Part shown: positions 1-10,176 of the stretch, piece after piece
Layout of the letters: every line of letters starts with the position of its first letter
How positions within the stretch are numbered: position 1 is the first letter of the stretch
DNA from: Escherichia phage vB_EcoM_NBG1
DNA length: 64,000 nucleotides
Sequence record: MH243438.1
Strand: one strand, 5' to 3'
Notes under the pieces: generated by a model
Databases searched by the model: none
The model's input: the letters and a program-made list of their open reading frames with translations, nothing else
What the model was told of the DNA's origin: nothing
Program-made: the position numbers and the translations under genes

Positions 1-1028
1 AAGTTGATGAACTGACGCTTAGCATCAATTTGCAATACACGATACACGTCGATAATGTTATAAGAAATATATCGTTGGTGATTGCTTTCACGAAGCTTAG
101 AAATAGGGCCGTCATATTTCAGTTTACCAACGTTCAATTCAAATTCTGAAATGTAATCCAGAGAATACGACGGTTGATTGGTAAAAGAGAATTTTTTGTA
201 AAGGTCAATGTAATCAAGAACAGAGATACCGAACAATGTAATGATTTCACGAGAACCATACATGTTTTCGATAACTTTAACACGAGTTTTACGATGTGGC
301 GATAAACGTTTCGCAGTAGATTCGCCAAAAATATTCTTGATTCGGTTATACACATATGGAATATCAAATGACTCAACGTTCCATCCAGTCAAAATGACAG
401 GAGTTTTCTGTTGCCAGAAGTTGAGATATTCCATCAATAATTCTTTTTCATTATCAAACGGCATATAAACAATTTTGTCGATAATTTCGGATGGAACTTC
501 ATCACCACCTTGTTCTTGAAGCTTAGCAGCGATTTCAATAGACCATTCTTCTACATTACCGTATGGAGAATTCAATAGATCAAATACGTAGAACCTGTCA
601 TCAATTGAGTCATAATGGGTGATAGCATCAATCGGATGTTTTGCTTGTGACGGCTCAGGGAACCCGTCCGGAGATGTTACTTCGATGTCGAAGTTAGCCA
701 CACGAATTTTTGTATGGTCATATTTGATTTCATAGTTATAAGTGTCAGACAAATACGCCAATTTGAAATCGTCCATGCCAAGTGCTTCAAGTCCGATATC
801 TTCCATGCGTTTAATCCATTGGGAAGCATCACGCATATTAGCGAACAGCTTACGAGTACACGGCTTACCGTAGATATCGAAATATTTCGTAGCCTGACTT
901 TCTGGACAATGAGCAAACAGTGATGGTTTATATTCTACTTCACGAGTACGTTCACGGCCATTAGAATCGATGTAACGTTCAAAAATTGAATCACCAATCT
1001 GTTCAACCGTTAAGTAAAATTCTTTCAT
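1..1028 (-). CDS. 43: DNA polymerase gp43, N-terminal ~342 codons (gene continues beyond window edge)
   Basis: Minus-strand ATG at 1026-1028 reads MKEFYLTVEQIGDSIFERYIDSNGRERTREVEY..., matching the T4 gp43 N-terminus; AGGA Shine-Dalgarno upstream; not in ORF track because truncated. Confidence 0.9.
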   Translation of the reverse strand, partial: MKEFYLTVEQIGDSIFERYIDSNGRERTREVEYKPSLFAHCPESQATKYFDIYGKPCTRKLFANMRDASQWIKRMEDIGLEALGMDDFKLAYLSDTYNYEIKYDHTKIRVANFDIEVTSPDGFPEPSQAKHPIDAITHYDSIDDRFYVFDLLNSPYGNVEEWSIEIAAKLQEQGGDEVPSEIIDKIVYMPFDNEKELLMEYLNFWQQKTPVILTGWNVESFDIPYVYNRIKNIFGESTAKRLSPHRKTRVKVIENMYGSREIITLFGISVLDYIDLYKKFSFTNQPSYSLDYISEFELNVGKLKYDGPISKLRESNHQRYISYNIIDVYRVLQIDAKRQFIN

Positions 1029-1109
1029 TTAATTTCCTTTAGACGAGTTATTGTCTTTTGTTTGTTGATGAACTTATTATACTCCAAATGGGACCGAAGT
1101 CCCATTGCT

Positions 1110-1478
1110 TTAATTACCAATTGTATATTTTGCTTTCAGAGTCCAGTCATCTTTCTGTTTAAAAGAGATAACACGGAAGTTATTAGTCAGGCCAAACAGA
1201 TCTTCACGAGCGGAGTCTTCAATAACAATCAAGCCCCAGTCTTCAAGCAACTGAGCAATCGAATCACGTCGTTGGTAGTCTTCACCATTGATATCAACTT
1301 GACGTCCGTCCATACGCAGCATTTCTTTAAAGTGGACGATGTAGTATTTACCTTGCTTTTGGAGGATATGACAGGACTGATAAAGGATTTTATCCTTGTT
1401 ATTAGCGATACCCATACGGGTCAGAGTCTCTTTGACTTTCAGAAAATCTTCAGGGTTCTTCAATTTAATTTCGATCAT
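1110..1478 (-). CDS. regA: RegA translational repressor
   Basis: MIEIKLKNPEDFLKVKETLTRMGIANNKDK... 122 aa from internal Met of track ORF; close match to T4 RegA. Confidence 0.85.
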   Translation of the reverse strand: MIEIKLKNPEDFLKVKETLTRMGIANNKDKILYQSCHILQKQGKYYIVHFKEMLRMDGRQVDINGEDYQRRDSIAQLLEDWGLIVIEDSAREDLFGLTNNFRVISFKQKDDWTLKAKYTIGN

Positions 1479-1480
1479 TT

Positions 1481-2044
1481 TTACCATTCCAATGCTAATT
1501 TTTTAAATTGTTTTTGTTCTTTCACATTTTTTGTAACTTCTTTGAGAAACTCATCAGTGACCATGGCCTTCAGTTCTTTAAGGACTATTGGCAGCTTGTT
1601 ATTTTTTTCAAGGAGCCGCTTATACTCGGTAGCATCATTCATGTTGATTGTGTAATGTTTCATCAACAATTTGATAACTAGTAACTCTGAAGTGTCTTCA
1701 ACCAGTTTAGCCCATTTAGAGAATCGTCGGCCACGCGGAATGGCGGCCATCATGTAGTTGAAGTGTGCTTCATCACTTAATTCAGAACCGACCAAGTTCA
1801 TCATGTAAACTGCGGGCATACATTCTGGAAACTGGGACAATGAGTTTTCAACCATAAATTTTGAGTAGTCAACCTGAGCAATTGACATCGATTTCTTTTC
1901 ATTAATTGCGTTAATGATTTTAAAGAATTCGTTCTCAGGTTTTTCTTTAAACATGTCAGCACATTTTTGAATCGCATCAGCGTCGTTAGACTTCCATGCG
2001 ATTTGGTGCTCGTTAAGTTGGACGTCATCATCAAATAAGTTCAT
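1481..2044 (-). CDS. 62: Clamp loader small subunit gp62
   Basis: 187 aa, position between regA and gene 44 as in T4. Confidence 0.8.
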   Translation of the reverse strand: MNLFDDDVQLNEHQIAWKSNDADAIQKCADMFKEKPENEFFKIINAINEKKSMSIAQVDYSKFMVENSLSQFPECMPAVYMMNLVGSELSDEAHFNYMMAAIPRGRRFSKWAKLVEDTSELLVIKLLMKHYTINMNDATEYKRLLEKNNKLPIVLKELKAMVTDEFLKEVTKNVKEQKQFKKLALEW

Positions 2045-2045
2045 A

Positions 2046-3008
2046 TTATTTCCAAGTCAATTCACAAGTCAATTGAAGAAGCATATACATAACATGTAAT
2101 TCAATATTACTAGCTAGTCCATGAAACTTATTATTTTCACCTGCAATTTCATAAAGCGAAATAATACTTTTACCTGGTGCGACTTTGTCATAACACTCAG
2201 AAACTAATTTATCGATGAACCATGAATAATCAGCGGCATATTTTGGAGCTAATGCACGAAGCTGTTTGATATCTTTATTTTTCATTGCTTCTATGACATC
2301 ATCTACCGTGCCACGATCATTGGTTACAATCGACAAAATACCTGCATCAAGAACACCTTTAGACGAGTACTGGTCTAATTGACCAATTGTACGACGAAAG
2401 TCCGGGAAGTTCTTTTTAACCAGAGCTGCAACAACTTTCATATCAGCGATTTCGATATTTTCGTTCTTACAGATTTCAACCATACGATGAATCATTTTCT
2501 TCATCATTGAGATTTTATCTTCTTCGGTTGGACGTCCGAATTCGATAACTCGACAACGACTACGTAACGGTTCGATAATTCCATCGATGTTGTTGGCAGT
2601 AATAATAATAGAACAGTTACTAGAGAATTCTTCCATGAATGTACGAAGGTGACGTTGTGATTCAGCGAGGCCACTACGGTCAAATTCATCAATAACAATA
2701 ACTTTAGGCTTGCCTTCCATTGAGACTGAACGAGCGAATGCAGTTAATGGACCACGCACAAAATCAATCTTACAATCAGAACCGTTGACGAACATCATTT
2801 CGGCATTGATATCATTACATAATGCTTTTGCTACGGTTGTTTTACCGGTACCAGGAGATGGAGAGTGTAAAATAATATGAGGAAGTTTTCCTTTAGATAC
2901 TAAAGACTTGAATGTTTCATGGTCATACGCAGGCAGAATACATTCGTCAATGGAAGAAGGACGATATTTCTGTTCTAGAATGTGTTCTTTGGAATTGATA
3001 GTAATCAT
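2046..3008 (-). CDS. 44: Clamp loader ATPase gp44 (RFC-like)
   Basis: 320 aa, Walker A GTGKTT, Walker B VIVIDEFD. Confidence 0.9.
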   Translation of the reverse strand: MITINSKEHILEQKYRPSSIDECILPAYDHETFKSLVSKGKLPHIILHSPSPGTGKTTVAKALCNDINAEMMFVNGSDCKIDFVRGPLTAFARSVSMEGKPKVIVIDEFDRSGLAESQRHLRTFMEEFSSNCSIIITANNIDGIIEPLRSRCRVIEFGRPTEEDKISMMKKMIHRMVEICKNENIEIADMKVVAALVKKNFPDFRRTIGQLDQYSSKGVLDAGILSIVTNDRGTVDDVIEAMKNKDIKQLRALAPKYAADYSWFIDKLVSECYDKVAPGKSIISLYEIAGENNKFHGLASNIELHVMYMLLQLTCELTWK

Positions 3009-3083
3009 GTAATTTTCCTCATTATCATTAAACTGGAGGATTTCTCCTCCATAATCGTATCACAATAAACGTAAAGCTTTGAC

Positions 3084-3770
3084 TTAGAAGTCGTGAGTAG
3101 AATCGGCTTCCATCGCAATAACATAACTTACTTGAGAGCTTTCAAACTTAGCTGCAACTTTATCACCAGCTCCCCACAACATTACTTTATAGTTACCTGG
3201 CTGGATTTTCATATTAGCCATATTGATTACGAAGTTAAAGTTATTAGAACCGTCATAATCAGTAAGAGTCAAAGAATACTTAGGACGAGTTAGTCCGGAA
3301 TCTTCAACTTTATTATAGCCATTGATAACAATTTTACCATCTTTATTTGTAATAGCAATTGTATCAATCTGAAGACCACGTGAAACTCGAAGCAATTGTT
3401 GAAGGTCTTCAGCTTTAATTTCAGTAATCACAGAAGCCACTGGGAATTGAATTGGCTTATTAGGAAAAACAATGGTGCTCTTGTCGGCAGCAGGCCAATA
3501 AACTGTGGAACGTGTATCTGCAATTTTAATATTGCCATCAGTATGCATTGAAATTTCGGCATCATCAGACACTAGACTCAAAATGCTTAAGAAGCTATTC
3601 AAATCATAAAGTGCTACGTCAAAATCAATTTCATCAGAGATATTTGCTTCCGCATAAGTGGTGCCATTAACTGCACGAGTCATAATAAATTTACCTTGAC
3701 TCAGCAGAATGCCAGAGTTAATAGAGGCAAAGTTTTTCAGAATAGCGATAGTATCTTTAGACAGTTTCAT
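3084..3770 (-). CDS. 45: Sliding clamp gp45
   Basis: MKLSKDTIAILKNFASINSG... 228 aa from second Met; near identity to T4 gp45. Confidence 0.9.
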   Translation of the reverse strand: MKLSKDTIAILKNFASINSGILLSQGKFIMTRAVNGTTYAEANISDEIDFDVALYDLNSFLSILSLVSDDAEISMHTDGNIKIADTRSTVYWPAADKSTIVFPNKPIQFPVASVITEIKAEDLQQLLRVSRGLQIDTIAITNKDGKIVINGYNKVEDSGLTRPKYSLTLTDYDGSNNFNFVINMANMKIQPGNYKVMLWGAGDKVAAKFESSQVSYVIAMEADSTHDF

Positions 3771-3812
3771 TTTATTTCCTTTCAAGACAATTCAAAGTTT
3801 ATAACAAATTTA

Positions 3813-4229
3813 TTATGCAGCAACCATCTGCTTTTTAATAGCTTCAGGCAGTGATTCAATATATTCTGGAATTTTAGAAGCAACAATTTCGCCAGCTGCA
3901 ATTAGTTGTTCGTCGGCATCAACACAGTAAAAATCTTCAAGGCGTTCAGAACCGTCTTTATCAAGAACGATTTTAGCACCTGCTTCGATAGAATCTTTAT
4001 AGTGCTTACGCATCAAATGAATCCACATATCAGACACATCGTTATCAATAAAACCATAAATCATAAAACGAGTTTCTTGTGGCAAAGATTGGAGTTTTTT
4101 AGCACTTGCGTCATCACAATGCAGGACCCATGCTTTACGAACACGATTATGGTTATGCGGGTTAGCGTCAGTACGGATAGAAGTAACTTTCAGATCAGCA
4201 GCGGTAAAACCTTTAGCAGTAGTAAACAT
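3813..4229 (-). CDS. rpbA: RNA polymerase-binding protein RpbA (by position and size)
   Basis: 138-aa ORF directly upstream of gene 45 as in T4. Confidence 0.55.
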   Translation of the reverse strand: MFTTAKGFTAADLKVTSIRTDANPHNHNRVRKAWVLHCDDASAKKLQSLPQETRFMIYGFIDNDVSDMWIHLMRKHYKDSIEAGAKIVLDKDGSERLEDFYCVDADEQLIAAGEIVASKIPEYIESLPEAIKKQMVAA

Positions 4230-4241
4230 ATTATTTCTCTC

Positions 4242-4442
4242 TTATTCGTAGAAGTCGGTAACTGTCCATGCGGAATTGCGATTAGACATTATTTTATTAT
4301 ACTCATCTTTAAAAGCAGATTTGAGCATTTGTTCAGTAACAATATGTTCTTCACCTGAAAACGTATTGGTCAAAACATATTTTTTAATTTCAGGGACAAC
4401 GAGAAGATGTTGTCCAGTTGAATACTCCATGTTGTTCTCCAT
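4242..4442 (-). CDS. hypothetical protein (T4 45.2 position)
   Basis: 66-aa ORF, co-oriented, tight spacing. Confidence 0.45.
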   Translation of the reverse strand: MENNMEYSTGQHLLVVPEIKKYVLTNTFSGEEHIVTEQMLKSAFKDEYNKIMSNRNSAWTVTDFYE

Positions 4443-4484
4443 TTAATTTGATGTGGTCATTATAACCACATCGTGTTAAAGCGT

Positions 4485-6173
4485 TTATGAAACAGTCATT
4501 ACAGTAAATCGTCCAACTTTGCTCATCTGAAGATGTTGTCCATAACGTTGAGGGTCATGGTCTCTATGAGAGATAATGAACACATTAGTATTTTGTAAAC
4601 TACCAAGGATGGTATCTATAGCCTTAACAGCTTCAGAATCCACAGCGCCGTCAAAAACTTCATCTAAAATCAGAGTGTTGATTTTAACACCAGAAACCTT
4701 TTCAGCAATATCTCGCCATGTAAACAACAGTGCGATATCGATACGTGCTTTTTCACCTTGACTAAATGAAGCATAACTGAACTCTTCACGGCCACGTGAT
4801 TTTATAGACTCATTGAATTCTTCGTCAATAGAAAACACGTAATCGGCTTCCATGATTTTAAGATAATGGTTAATCTGCTTATTGAACAAAGGCACGTATT
4901 TTTTAATGATAGCACCTTTAATACCAGAATCTTTTAACATATCTGTGATAATACCACGATGGTATTTTTCAAGAACGATGTCTGATTTTGTTTTAATGAT
5001 TTTATCAAGTTCTTTTTGAAGCAAAGCTATCTCATCAGCATGGTCGATAAATTCTGCTGAGGCTTGCTCTATTGCAGCTTTAACTTTCTTAGCTTTATCA
5101 ATAGTGGCAATCATTGCTTGTTTCTTGGTACGAATATCAGATGCAAGGTCCTGTTTAGTCTTAACATTAGCTCTATATTCGTCCACTAGGACACTCAGAT
5201 TATCTCTGTGACAGGTAAGTTGCTCGAATGAGTGATTACATTCATGAAGCTTATCGGTAATCTTAGAGACAATAGGATCACCCTGGTGCAACTGTGATGC
5301 ACAAGTAGGACATGTACCGCCATCATGATACATCTTAATAACTTTGTTATATGAGTCAATTTTAGATTTAATCAAGAATGCTTCTTGTCCTATCTTGTCG
5401 AATGCCTCAGTAGGGTCTTCATCAAGAACGATATTAAGTAGTCGCTCATTAGCTTCTTCGATTTCTGCTTTTAATGAACGAGCTTCTTTGGCTAGGTCGT
5501 CATACATATTCTGTAGACGCGCTACATTATCACCGGATAATTTCTTTTGACGTTCGATATTCTCATTATAAATCTTAATTTGTTGGATAACACCATCTTT
5601 CTTGGCGTCGAGAACTTGCCCCTGGGAATTAAGTTCTCGAACTTGAGACTTATTGATTTTATCCATTTCAGCGAGCGTGCCAACTTCTAAAAGGTCTTCG
5701 ACAAGTTTTCTACGAGCAGGGGTGCTAAGAGCCATGAAAGGGGTATACCCTGCCGTCCCAAGCACAACGATTTGTTTAAAAGACGCGTATGACATTCCGA
5801 TGCTACGTTCAAATTCTTCTTGGAAGTCACGACTGCTGGCAGATTCATCGAGACGAACACCGTCAACGGAGATTTCGAAAATATTGGGCTTTTGGCCACG
5901 TTTAATGAAGTATTTTTTATCATCGAATTCCATCCAAAGCTCAACTAAGAGCTCTTTCTTGTTCGTGCTATTAATGATTTGTCCTTTCTTAACATCACGA
6001 AATGGTTTACCGAAAAGTCCGAAAGTAATGGCTTCTAACATCGTAGATTTACCACCGCCATTTTTACCAGTGATTAATGTCTTTTGGACTTTATCTAATT
6101 GGATATCAATAGGATTCCCACCTACCGACATGATGTTTTGATAACGAACACGATTTAATTTAAATGATTTCAT
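4485..6173 (-). CDS. 46: Recombination nuclease ATPase subunit gp46 (SbcC/Rad50-like)
   Basis: 562 aa, Walker A GKNGGGKST, long coiled-coil middle, C-terminal signature/Walker B LILDEVFDG. Confidence 0.9.
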   Translation of the reverse strand: MKSFKLNRVRYQNIMSVGGNPIDIQLDKVQKTLITGKNGGGKSTMLEAITFGLFGKPFRDVKKGQIINSTNKKELLVELWMEFDDKKYFIKRGQKPNIFEISVDGVRLDESASSRDFQEEFERSIGMSYASFKQIVVLGTAGYTPFMALSTPARRKLVEDLLEVGTLAEMDKINKSQVRELNSQGQVLDAKKDGVIQQIKIYNENIERQKKLSGDNVARLQNMYDDLAKEARSLKAEIEEANERLLNIVLDEDPTEAFDKIGQEAFLIKSKIDSYNKVIKMYHDGGTCPTCASQLHQGDPIVSKITDKLHECNHSFEQLTCHRDNLSVLVDEYRANVKTKQDLASDIRTKKQAMIATIDKAKKVKAAIEQASAEFIDHADEIALLQKELDKIIKTKSDIVLEKYHRGIITDMLKDSGIKGAIIKKYVPLFNKQINHYLKIMEADYVFSIDEEFNESIKSRGREEFSYASFSQGEKARIDIALLFTWRDIAEKVSGVKINTLILDEVFDGAVDSEAVKAIDTILGSLQNTNVFIISHRDHDPQRYGQHLQMSKVGRFTVMTVS

Positions 6174-6424
6174 ATGTATTCTCTTCGAATGAAGTCCTCT
6201 ACATATTTTAACATGTCATCTCTATCAGCAAAATATTCATCTAGTTCTGCATACATAACAACACCTGGTGCGTACTCACAGGTAACATACATTGTTCCAA
6301 AGAAACGAGGAGTTGATTCCTCGTAATTCTCAGTCCATTCAACGATACCAATATAACCGTCACCAATACTAAATTCATGACGATGGATTTCATAATCAGT
6401 CTTCGTCATTATACGCATCCTCAA
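6170..6424 (-). CDS. hypothetical protein (46.1 position)
   Basis: 84-aa ORF overlapping gp46 start by 4 nt. Confidence 0.5.
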   Translation of the reverse strand: MRMRIMTKTDYEIHRHEFSIGDGYIGIVEWTENYEESTPRFFGTMYVTCEYAPGVVMYAELDEYFADRDDMLKYVEDFIRREYI

Positions 6425-6653
6425 TACACGCTTCAGCCATTTTAAGAATAGAGCCGGGAGTATCGTTGTCCATTATATTAAAGCTAAATTCAATAGCCCA
6501 GTCGGTGCAGACATGAACTGCTTTAACTTCATTGCCTTCAACGCGTAATGGCTCAATCCAATACTTGATGGTGTTCTCGAATCCATCATCATCTTTAACG
6601 TCTATTTCAACTTCAAGCCCGAGCCCAGCATTGTTAAATTCATCTAAAGTCAT
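6396..6653 (-). CDS. hypothetical protein (46.2 position)
   Basis: 85-aa acidic ORF between 46.1 and 47. Confidence 0.5.
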   Translation of the reverse strand: MTLDEFNNAGLGLEVEIDVKDDDGFENTIKYWIEPLRVEGNEVKAVHVCTDWAIEFSFNIMDNDTPGSILKMAEACIEDAYNDED

Positions 6654-7669
6654 TGTGTTGCCTCAATATAAAGTTCGTTGGAATATTTGACCAGCGCTTC
6701 TCTGTCTTCGTCTGAGATATCTGGAATCGCGTCAATATATTCTTTAATGATATCTTGAAGTGATTTAATCTCGATTTCCTGGTCATCATCAGATTCAACA
6801 CTGTTATCAACTTTAGAAACCATACGAAGAGAGTGAACTACTTTTTCAAGTTCAGATTCAAACTTAGTCAACTCTGAATCAATTTCTGATACTATAACAC
6901 GTACGGCTAGATTAGTATAATCAGAATAATTAATTTTGCCTTTAAACGGATAAGTGATTCGTCGATGCCATGTTGTTTCATTAGGAATAAATTCCATACG
7001 TTCAACATCAGTGTCAAATACCCAGAATCCGCGCGGGTCGTTCTCGTCACCTGCAGTAAGGGTCCATGGTGTCCCAATATATTTGACGTTAGCAGCTTCA
7101 GAGATTGTGTGGAAGTGGCCAGACCAGACTTGTTTATAGGTCTTTAAGAAATCAGGTTCAAGCCCATGAGACTTCATTCCTTTATAGAAATAAAAGCCAT
7201 TCAGTTCCCAGTGCCCAACACAATACGCTGCGGAAGAAGTCTTGATGTGCTCTAAGATTTCACCTGTATTTTCTTCACACATCCATGGAACGATATCAAT
7301 CAGACATCCGTCAAAATCTACAGTAGTCGGATGCTCGTAAATAGTAAAGTTTTCAAATTGAGTTAACAATTCAGAAACAGTGTTAGGTGTTATTGTATTC
7401 TTAAACGCCATGTCATGGTTTCCTATCGTGACATGAACGTGAATGCCTGCTTTAGAAATCATATCAACGATTTCACGATTGAATTCCATTGTACGATGTG
7501 TTATTGCTTTACGGACGTCAAACCAATCGCCGTACTGAATCCAAGTTTTAATCCCGTGTTTCTTAGAGTATTCAATTGCTTGACGAATACCATCACGTTG
7601 AATATCTTGAACCCATGGGTCGTCTTGTTTGACTCCGATATGGAAGTCGCCTAAGTGCAAAATTTTCAT
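6650..7669 (-). CDS. 47: Recombination nuclease gp47 (SbcD/Mre11-like phosphoesterase)
   Basis: 339 aa, MKILHLGDFHIG and GNHD metallophosphatase motifs. Confidence 0.9.
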   Translation of the reverse strand: MKILHLGDFHIGVKQDDPWVQDIQRDGIRQAIEYSKKHGIKTWIQYGDWFDVRKAITHRTMEFNREIVDMISKAGIHVHVTIGNHDMAFKNTITPNTVSELLTQFENFTIYEHPTTVDFDGCLIDIVPWMCEENTGEILEHIKTSSAAYCVGHWELNGFYFYKGMKSHGLEPDFLKTYKQVWSGHFHTISEAANVKYIGTPWTLTAGDENDPRGFWVFDTDVERMEFIPNETTWHRRITYPFKGKINYSDYTNLAVRVIVSEIDSELTKFESELEKVVHSLRMVSKVDNSVESDDDQEIEIKSLQDIIKEYIDAIPDISDEDREALVKYSNELYIEATQ

Positions 7670-7713
7670 ATTATTTCCTCATTAGTTAATTCATTCTATC
7701 ATCCGTTTATAAA

Positions 7714-7739
7714 GCAAAAAAGGAACTCCGAAGAGTTCC
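7714..7739 (-). terminator. Rho-independent terminator upstream of gene 47
   Basis: Minus-strand hairpin GGAACTC-TTCG-GAGTTCC followed by TTTTTTGC. Confidence 0.55.
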
Positions 7740-7912
7740 TATCCACATAGTACACCGTACAGAGGCTCATTTGAACTTTTAAATCGAATGGGCTTGTATG
7801 TAATAGTTCCTTCGGCTTTAGCTTTATCATAAGACTCTTTAAAACGTCTCATTCTTTCTGCTTTGCCTTTACGGATTTTATCGAAATTTTCAGAAGTCGG
7901 GATGTTCGTCAT
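7739..7912 (-). CDS. small hypothetical protein (57 aa)
   Basis: MTNIPTSENFDKIRKGKAERMRRFKESYDK...; below track cutoff, hand-translated. Confidence 0.3.
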   Translation of the reverse strand: MTNIPTSENFDKIRKGKAERMRRFKESYDKAKAEGTITYKPIRFKSSNEPLYGVLCG

Positions 7913-7951
7913 GCATAAGCACCTCTCAGAAAATGCCTAAATCAATTTCTC

Positions 7952-8173
7952 TCATCGTTTCCACCATTTCTTAACTTGAAATGAATCAACCCACACGAGT
8001 TGTTTTGGGTCTGCCTTTACAATAGGCGGACAAATTTCTGTAATAGAACCGTCGTGATATTCCTTTTCAGAAATTTTAACACAAAGAGGACCTCCCAATT
8101 TAAGGGTGAACCCTGCGTTCAGCTTCAGACGTTTAAACTTTGTTTGAACTAGCGCCATTAATGATGTCCTCAA
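7952..8173 (-). CDS. hypothetical protein
   Basis: 73-aa ORF in 47-55 interval. Confidence 0.35.
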   Translation of the reverse strand: MRTSLMALVQTKFKRLKLNAGFTLKLGGPLCVKISEKEYHDGSITEICPPIVKADPKQLVWVDSFQVKKWWKR

Positions 8174-8456
8174 TAGCCTGACGAGTAGTAACCCACTGGA
8201 TTTTAATTAACTTGTCATTGTATGGTTGTCGTAGAATATCCCGAGATTTCTTAATAGCATATTCGTAAGCTTCGAAGTTGTTTTGAATTGCTGCTTCTTG
8301 AGCATGAGCATAAAGACGGTTTAGTTCAAAACGATTCTTTTTAAGAATCTTTTCGGATTTTTTACGTGCTTCAGCTTCATTTTTCTTTTGGATTTCTTGT
8401 AGCATTTTAGCTACTGCATCTTCTGCTTCTTTATTTTCAATAATCTCGGTAGTCAT
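8133..8456 (-). CDS. hypothetical protein
   Basis: 107-aa charged/helical ORF. Confidence 0.45.
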   Translation of the reverse strand: MTTEIIENKEAEDAVAKMLQEIQKKNEAEARKKSEKILKKNRFELNRLYAHAQEAAIQNNFEAYEYAIKKSRDILRQPYNDKLIKIQWVTTRQAIEDIINGASSNKV

Positions 8457-8457
8457 A

Positions 8458-8751
8458 TTATCTCATTAAATTAAAATAAAAACGTCCATCCTCTTCAATA
8501 CAGAACTCATATTCAACTGGAGTCCCGTTTATCGAAAATGACACGTCATGTGGGTTCAAAGGGTCGATGTCAAAATTAATTTTAAATTCACGACCCAACA
8601 GTTTTACCAAATAAGGGATTGCTTCGTCAAAAGGTTCTTCTAAGTAGTTAGAGATGTCAATTGTCATCCTCATATAAAAAATCCAAACTAGGCGAATCGC
8701 TAACAACTTCCTTCTTTTCAGCCCCAGGAGCTTTATAAGCGGATTCTTCAT
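8458..8751 (-). CDS. hypothetical protein (start probably internal, near 8673)
   Basis: 97-aa ORF whose 5' part overlaps gp55 3' end. Confidence 0.35.
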   Translation of the reverse strand: MKNPLIKLLGLKRRKLLAIRLVWIFYMRMTIDISNYLEEPFDEAIPYLVKLLGREFKINFDIDPLNPHDVSFSINGTPVEYEFCIEEDGRFYFNLMR

Positions 8752-9232
8752 AATGCGTCATTTTATCGTAGATGTCTTGAATAAACGTTTCATCTACCAA
8801 CGCTACCATATCATCGTCATGACTGTCGTAGACATTATGAACGAAGTAACTATATTTCTTTGCAACTTCCTTACGTTCTTTTTTGATACGTTGGACAAAA
8901 GCATTAAAACAAGCTCGAGTTATGTATGCATGTGGGTTATTGTACTTAGTTTCGTCGAAATTATGAAGTCCCTTAATAGAGGCTTCAATCCCATCTGCAA
9001 TCATCTCCTGCTTCCAAGACTGGGTATATCCTGAAAAGTTGAAACGTTTGGACAGGCCTTCGGCGATAAGCATAATTGCTAAACCGATAGTATCATTCTG
9101 ACGAATAATTTTGTTTGGGTCTTTATTATTTAAGAGCTCCTTTTTCCACTCGATTATAGCGGCGAGAAGCTCTTTATTATTCACATAGTTATTTTTAGGT
9201 TTTTGTTCAGTCATAAGTACCTCTTGGCTCAA
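8657..9232 (-). CDS. 55: Late-transcription sigma factor gp55
   Basis: ...[82 protein letters not shown]... close match to T4 gp55; start may be internal Met at 9211. Confidence 0.9.
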   Translation of the reverse strand: MSQEVLMTEQKPKNNYVNNKELLAAIIEWKKELLNNKDPNKIIRQNDTIGLAIMLIAEGLSKRFNFSGYTQSWKQEMIADGIEASIKGLHNFDETKYNNPHAYITRACFNAFVQRIKKERKEVAKKYSYFVHNVYDSHDDDMVALVDETFIQDIYDKMTHYEESAYKAPGAEKKEVVSDSPSLDFLYEDDN

Positions 9233-9286
9233 TTCATAGGTCTATTATATCATAATATTTAGAGACCTATCTTAAAGCACGAGATA

Positions 9287-9556
9287 CTATCGGAGCAAAC
9301 AATAAGCCTGAAACACTTTTTCCATTAAACGTTTGAACTCATGGATATCGATATAAAGCTCAGTAAGACCGGCATTATAAAGAAAATCTAAAAAGTTCTC
9401 ATGTGTTTCGTTATAGTCGCCTTCGTTTAATTGAGATACATGAGTTTCCCAAAAACCAACACCTTTAACGAATGGAAAATACGTGACTTTCATGTATTCG
9501 TCAACATAAAATTCGCCCAGCTTTTCTTCAGTTATACTGATTCGAGTTAATTTCAT
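9287..9556 (-). CDS. hypothetical protein
   Basis: 89-aa ORF. Confidence 0.45.
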   Translation of the reverse strand: MKLTRISITEEKLGEFYVDEYMKVTYFPFVKGVGFWETHVSQLNEGDYNETHENFLDFLYNAGLTELYIDIHEFKRLMEKVFQAYCLLR

Positions 9557-9780
9557 TCTAGTTCCTTTGCTGCTTCAAGAGCAGCATCCAGCGAATCAAA
9601 TTGGTCAACGAAATCAATATTCAACGCATCGTCAACCGTAGCATATAACCACCATTGTTTGAATTCGTATTCTAGAATAAATCCAGGACCTTCAATCTGA
9701 GGAAGACCTAGACTATTTGTACCAACTTCGTAACCAGCTAGACGCAGGTCATTAATCAAAGTTTCTGTTAATACGCTCAT
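9553..9780 (-). CDS. hypothetical protein
   Basis: 75-aa acidic ORF, 4-nt overlap with neighbour. Confidence 0.45.
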   Translation of the reverse strand: MSVLTETLINDLRLAGYEVGTNSLGLPQIEGPGFILEYEFKQWWLYATVDDALNIDFVDQFDSLDAALEAAKELE

Positions 9781-10109
9781 TTTACCGCCTTAACAATTTT
9801 AAGGTCAACGAATTTTTTCTTACGTTGATTTTTCATACGACGGATAGTCTTTTCAGAGATTTCATGTTTCTGATAAGCTTTAGATTCAACACCAAATGCA
9901 GCAACGTCAAATTCAGAAAGAATATATTGTACTAGAATTTCACGAATAGAATTACGTCCAATTTTCTGGTCGTGTTTTTGCATGATTTCATAAAGACGGA
10001 ATTCCCACGCATCAAGAACTTGAGGAGTAACAATATTGCCAGATTCCAGAAGAGCAACAACTTTATCGAAAGCGAAAGAATTAACTACGTTTTTGATTTT
10101 AGTAGACAT
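9777..10109 (-). CDS. hypothetical protein
   Basis: Start reassigned to MSTKIKNVV (10109) because promoter cassette lies inside the longer track ORF; GAGGA Shine-Dalgarno upstream. Confidence 0.5.
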   Translation of the reverse strand: MSTKIKNVVNSFAFDKVVALLESGNIVTPQVLDAWEFRLYEIMQKHDQKIGRNSIREILVQYILSEFDVAAFGVESKAYQKHEISEKTIRRMKNQRKKKFVDLKIVKAVK

Positions 10110-10140
10110 ATTATTTTCCTCGGTTATTTTATTATCCAAC

Positions 10141-10176
10141 GAGAGAATTATACTCATCTCTCAAGAGTTTGTATAC
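10141..10176 (-). promoter_or_regulatory. Early (sigma70-type) promoter inside hairpin cassette
   Basis: Minus strand GTATAC -35, 18-nt spacer, TATAAT -10 sitting in loop of GAGAGA/TCTCTC inverted repeat; cassette repeated near 40919-40977. Confidence 0.5.

Noticed and set aside
134-1655. Track ORFs inside or antisense to gene 43 and regA (134-376, 241-468, 677-916, 714-923, 1062-1655)
   Set aside because: They lie within or opposite strongly supported genes; typical spurious frames in AT-rich DNA.
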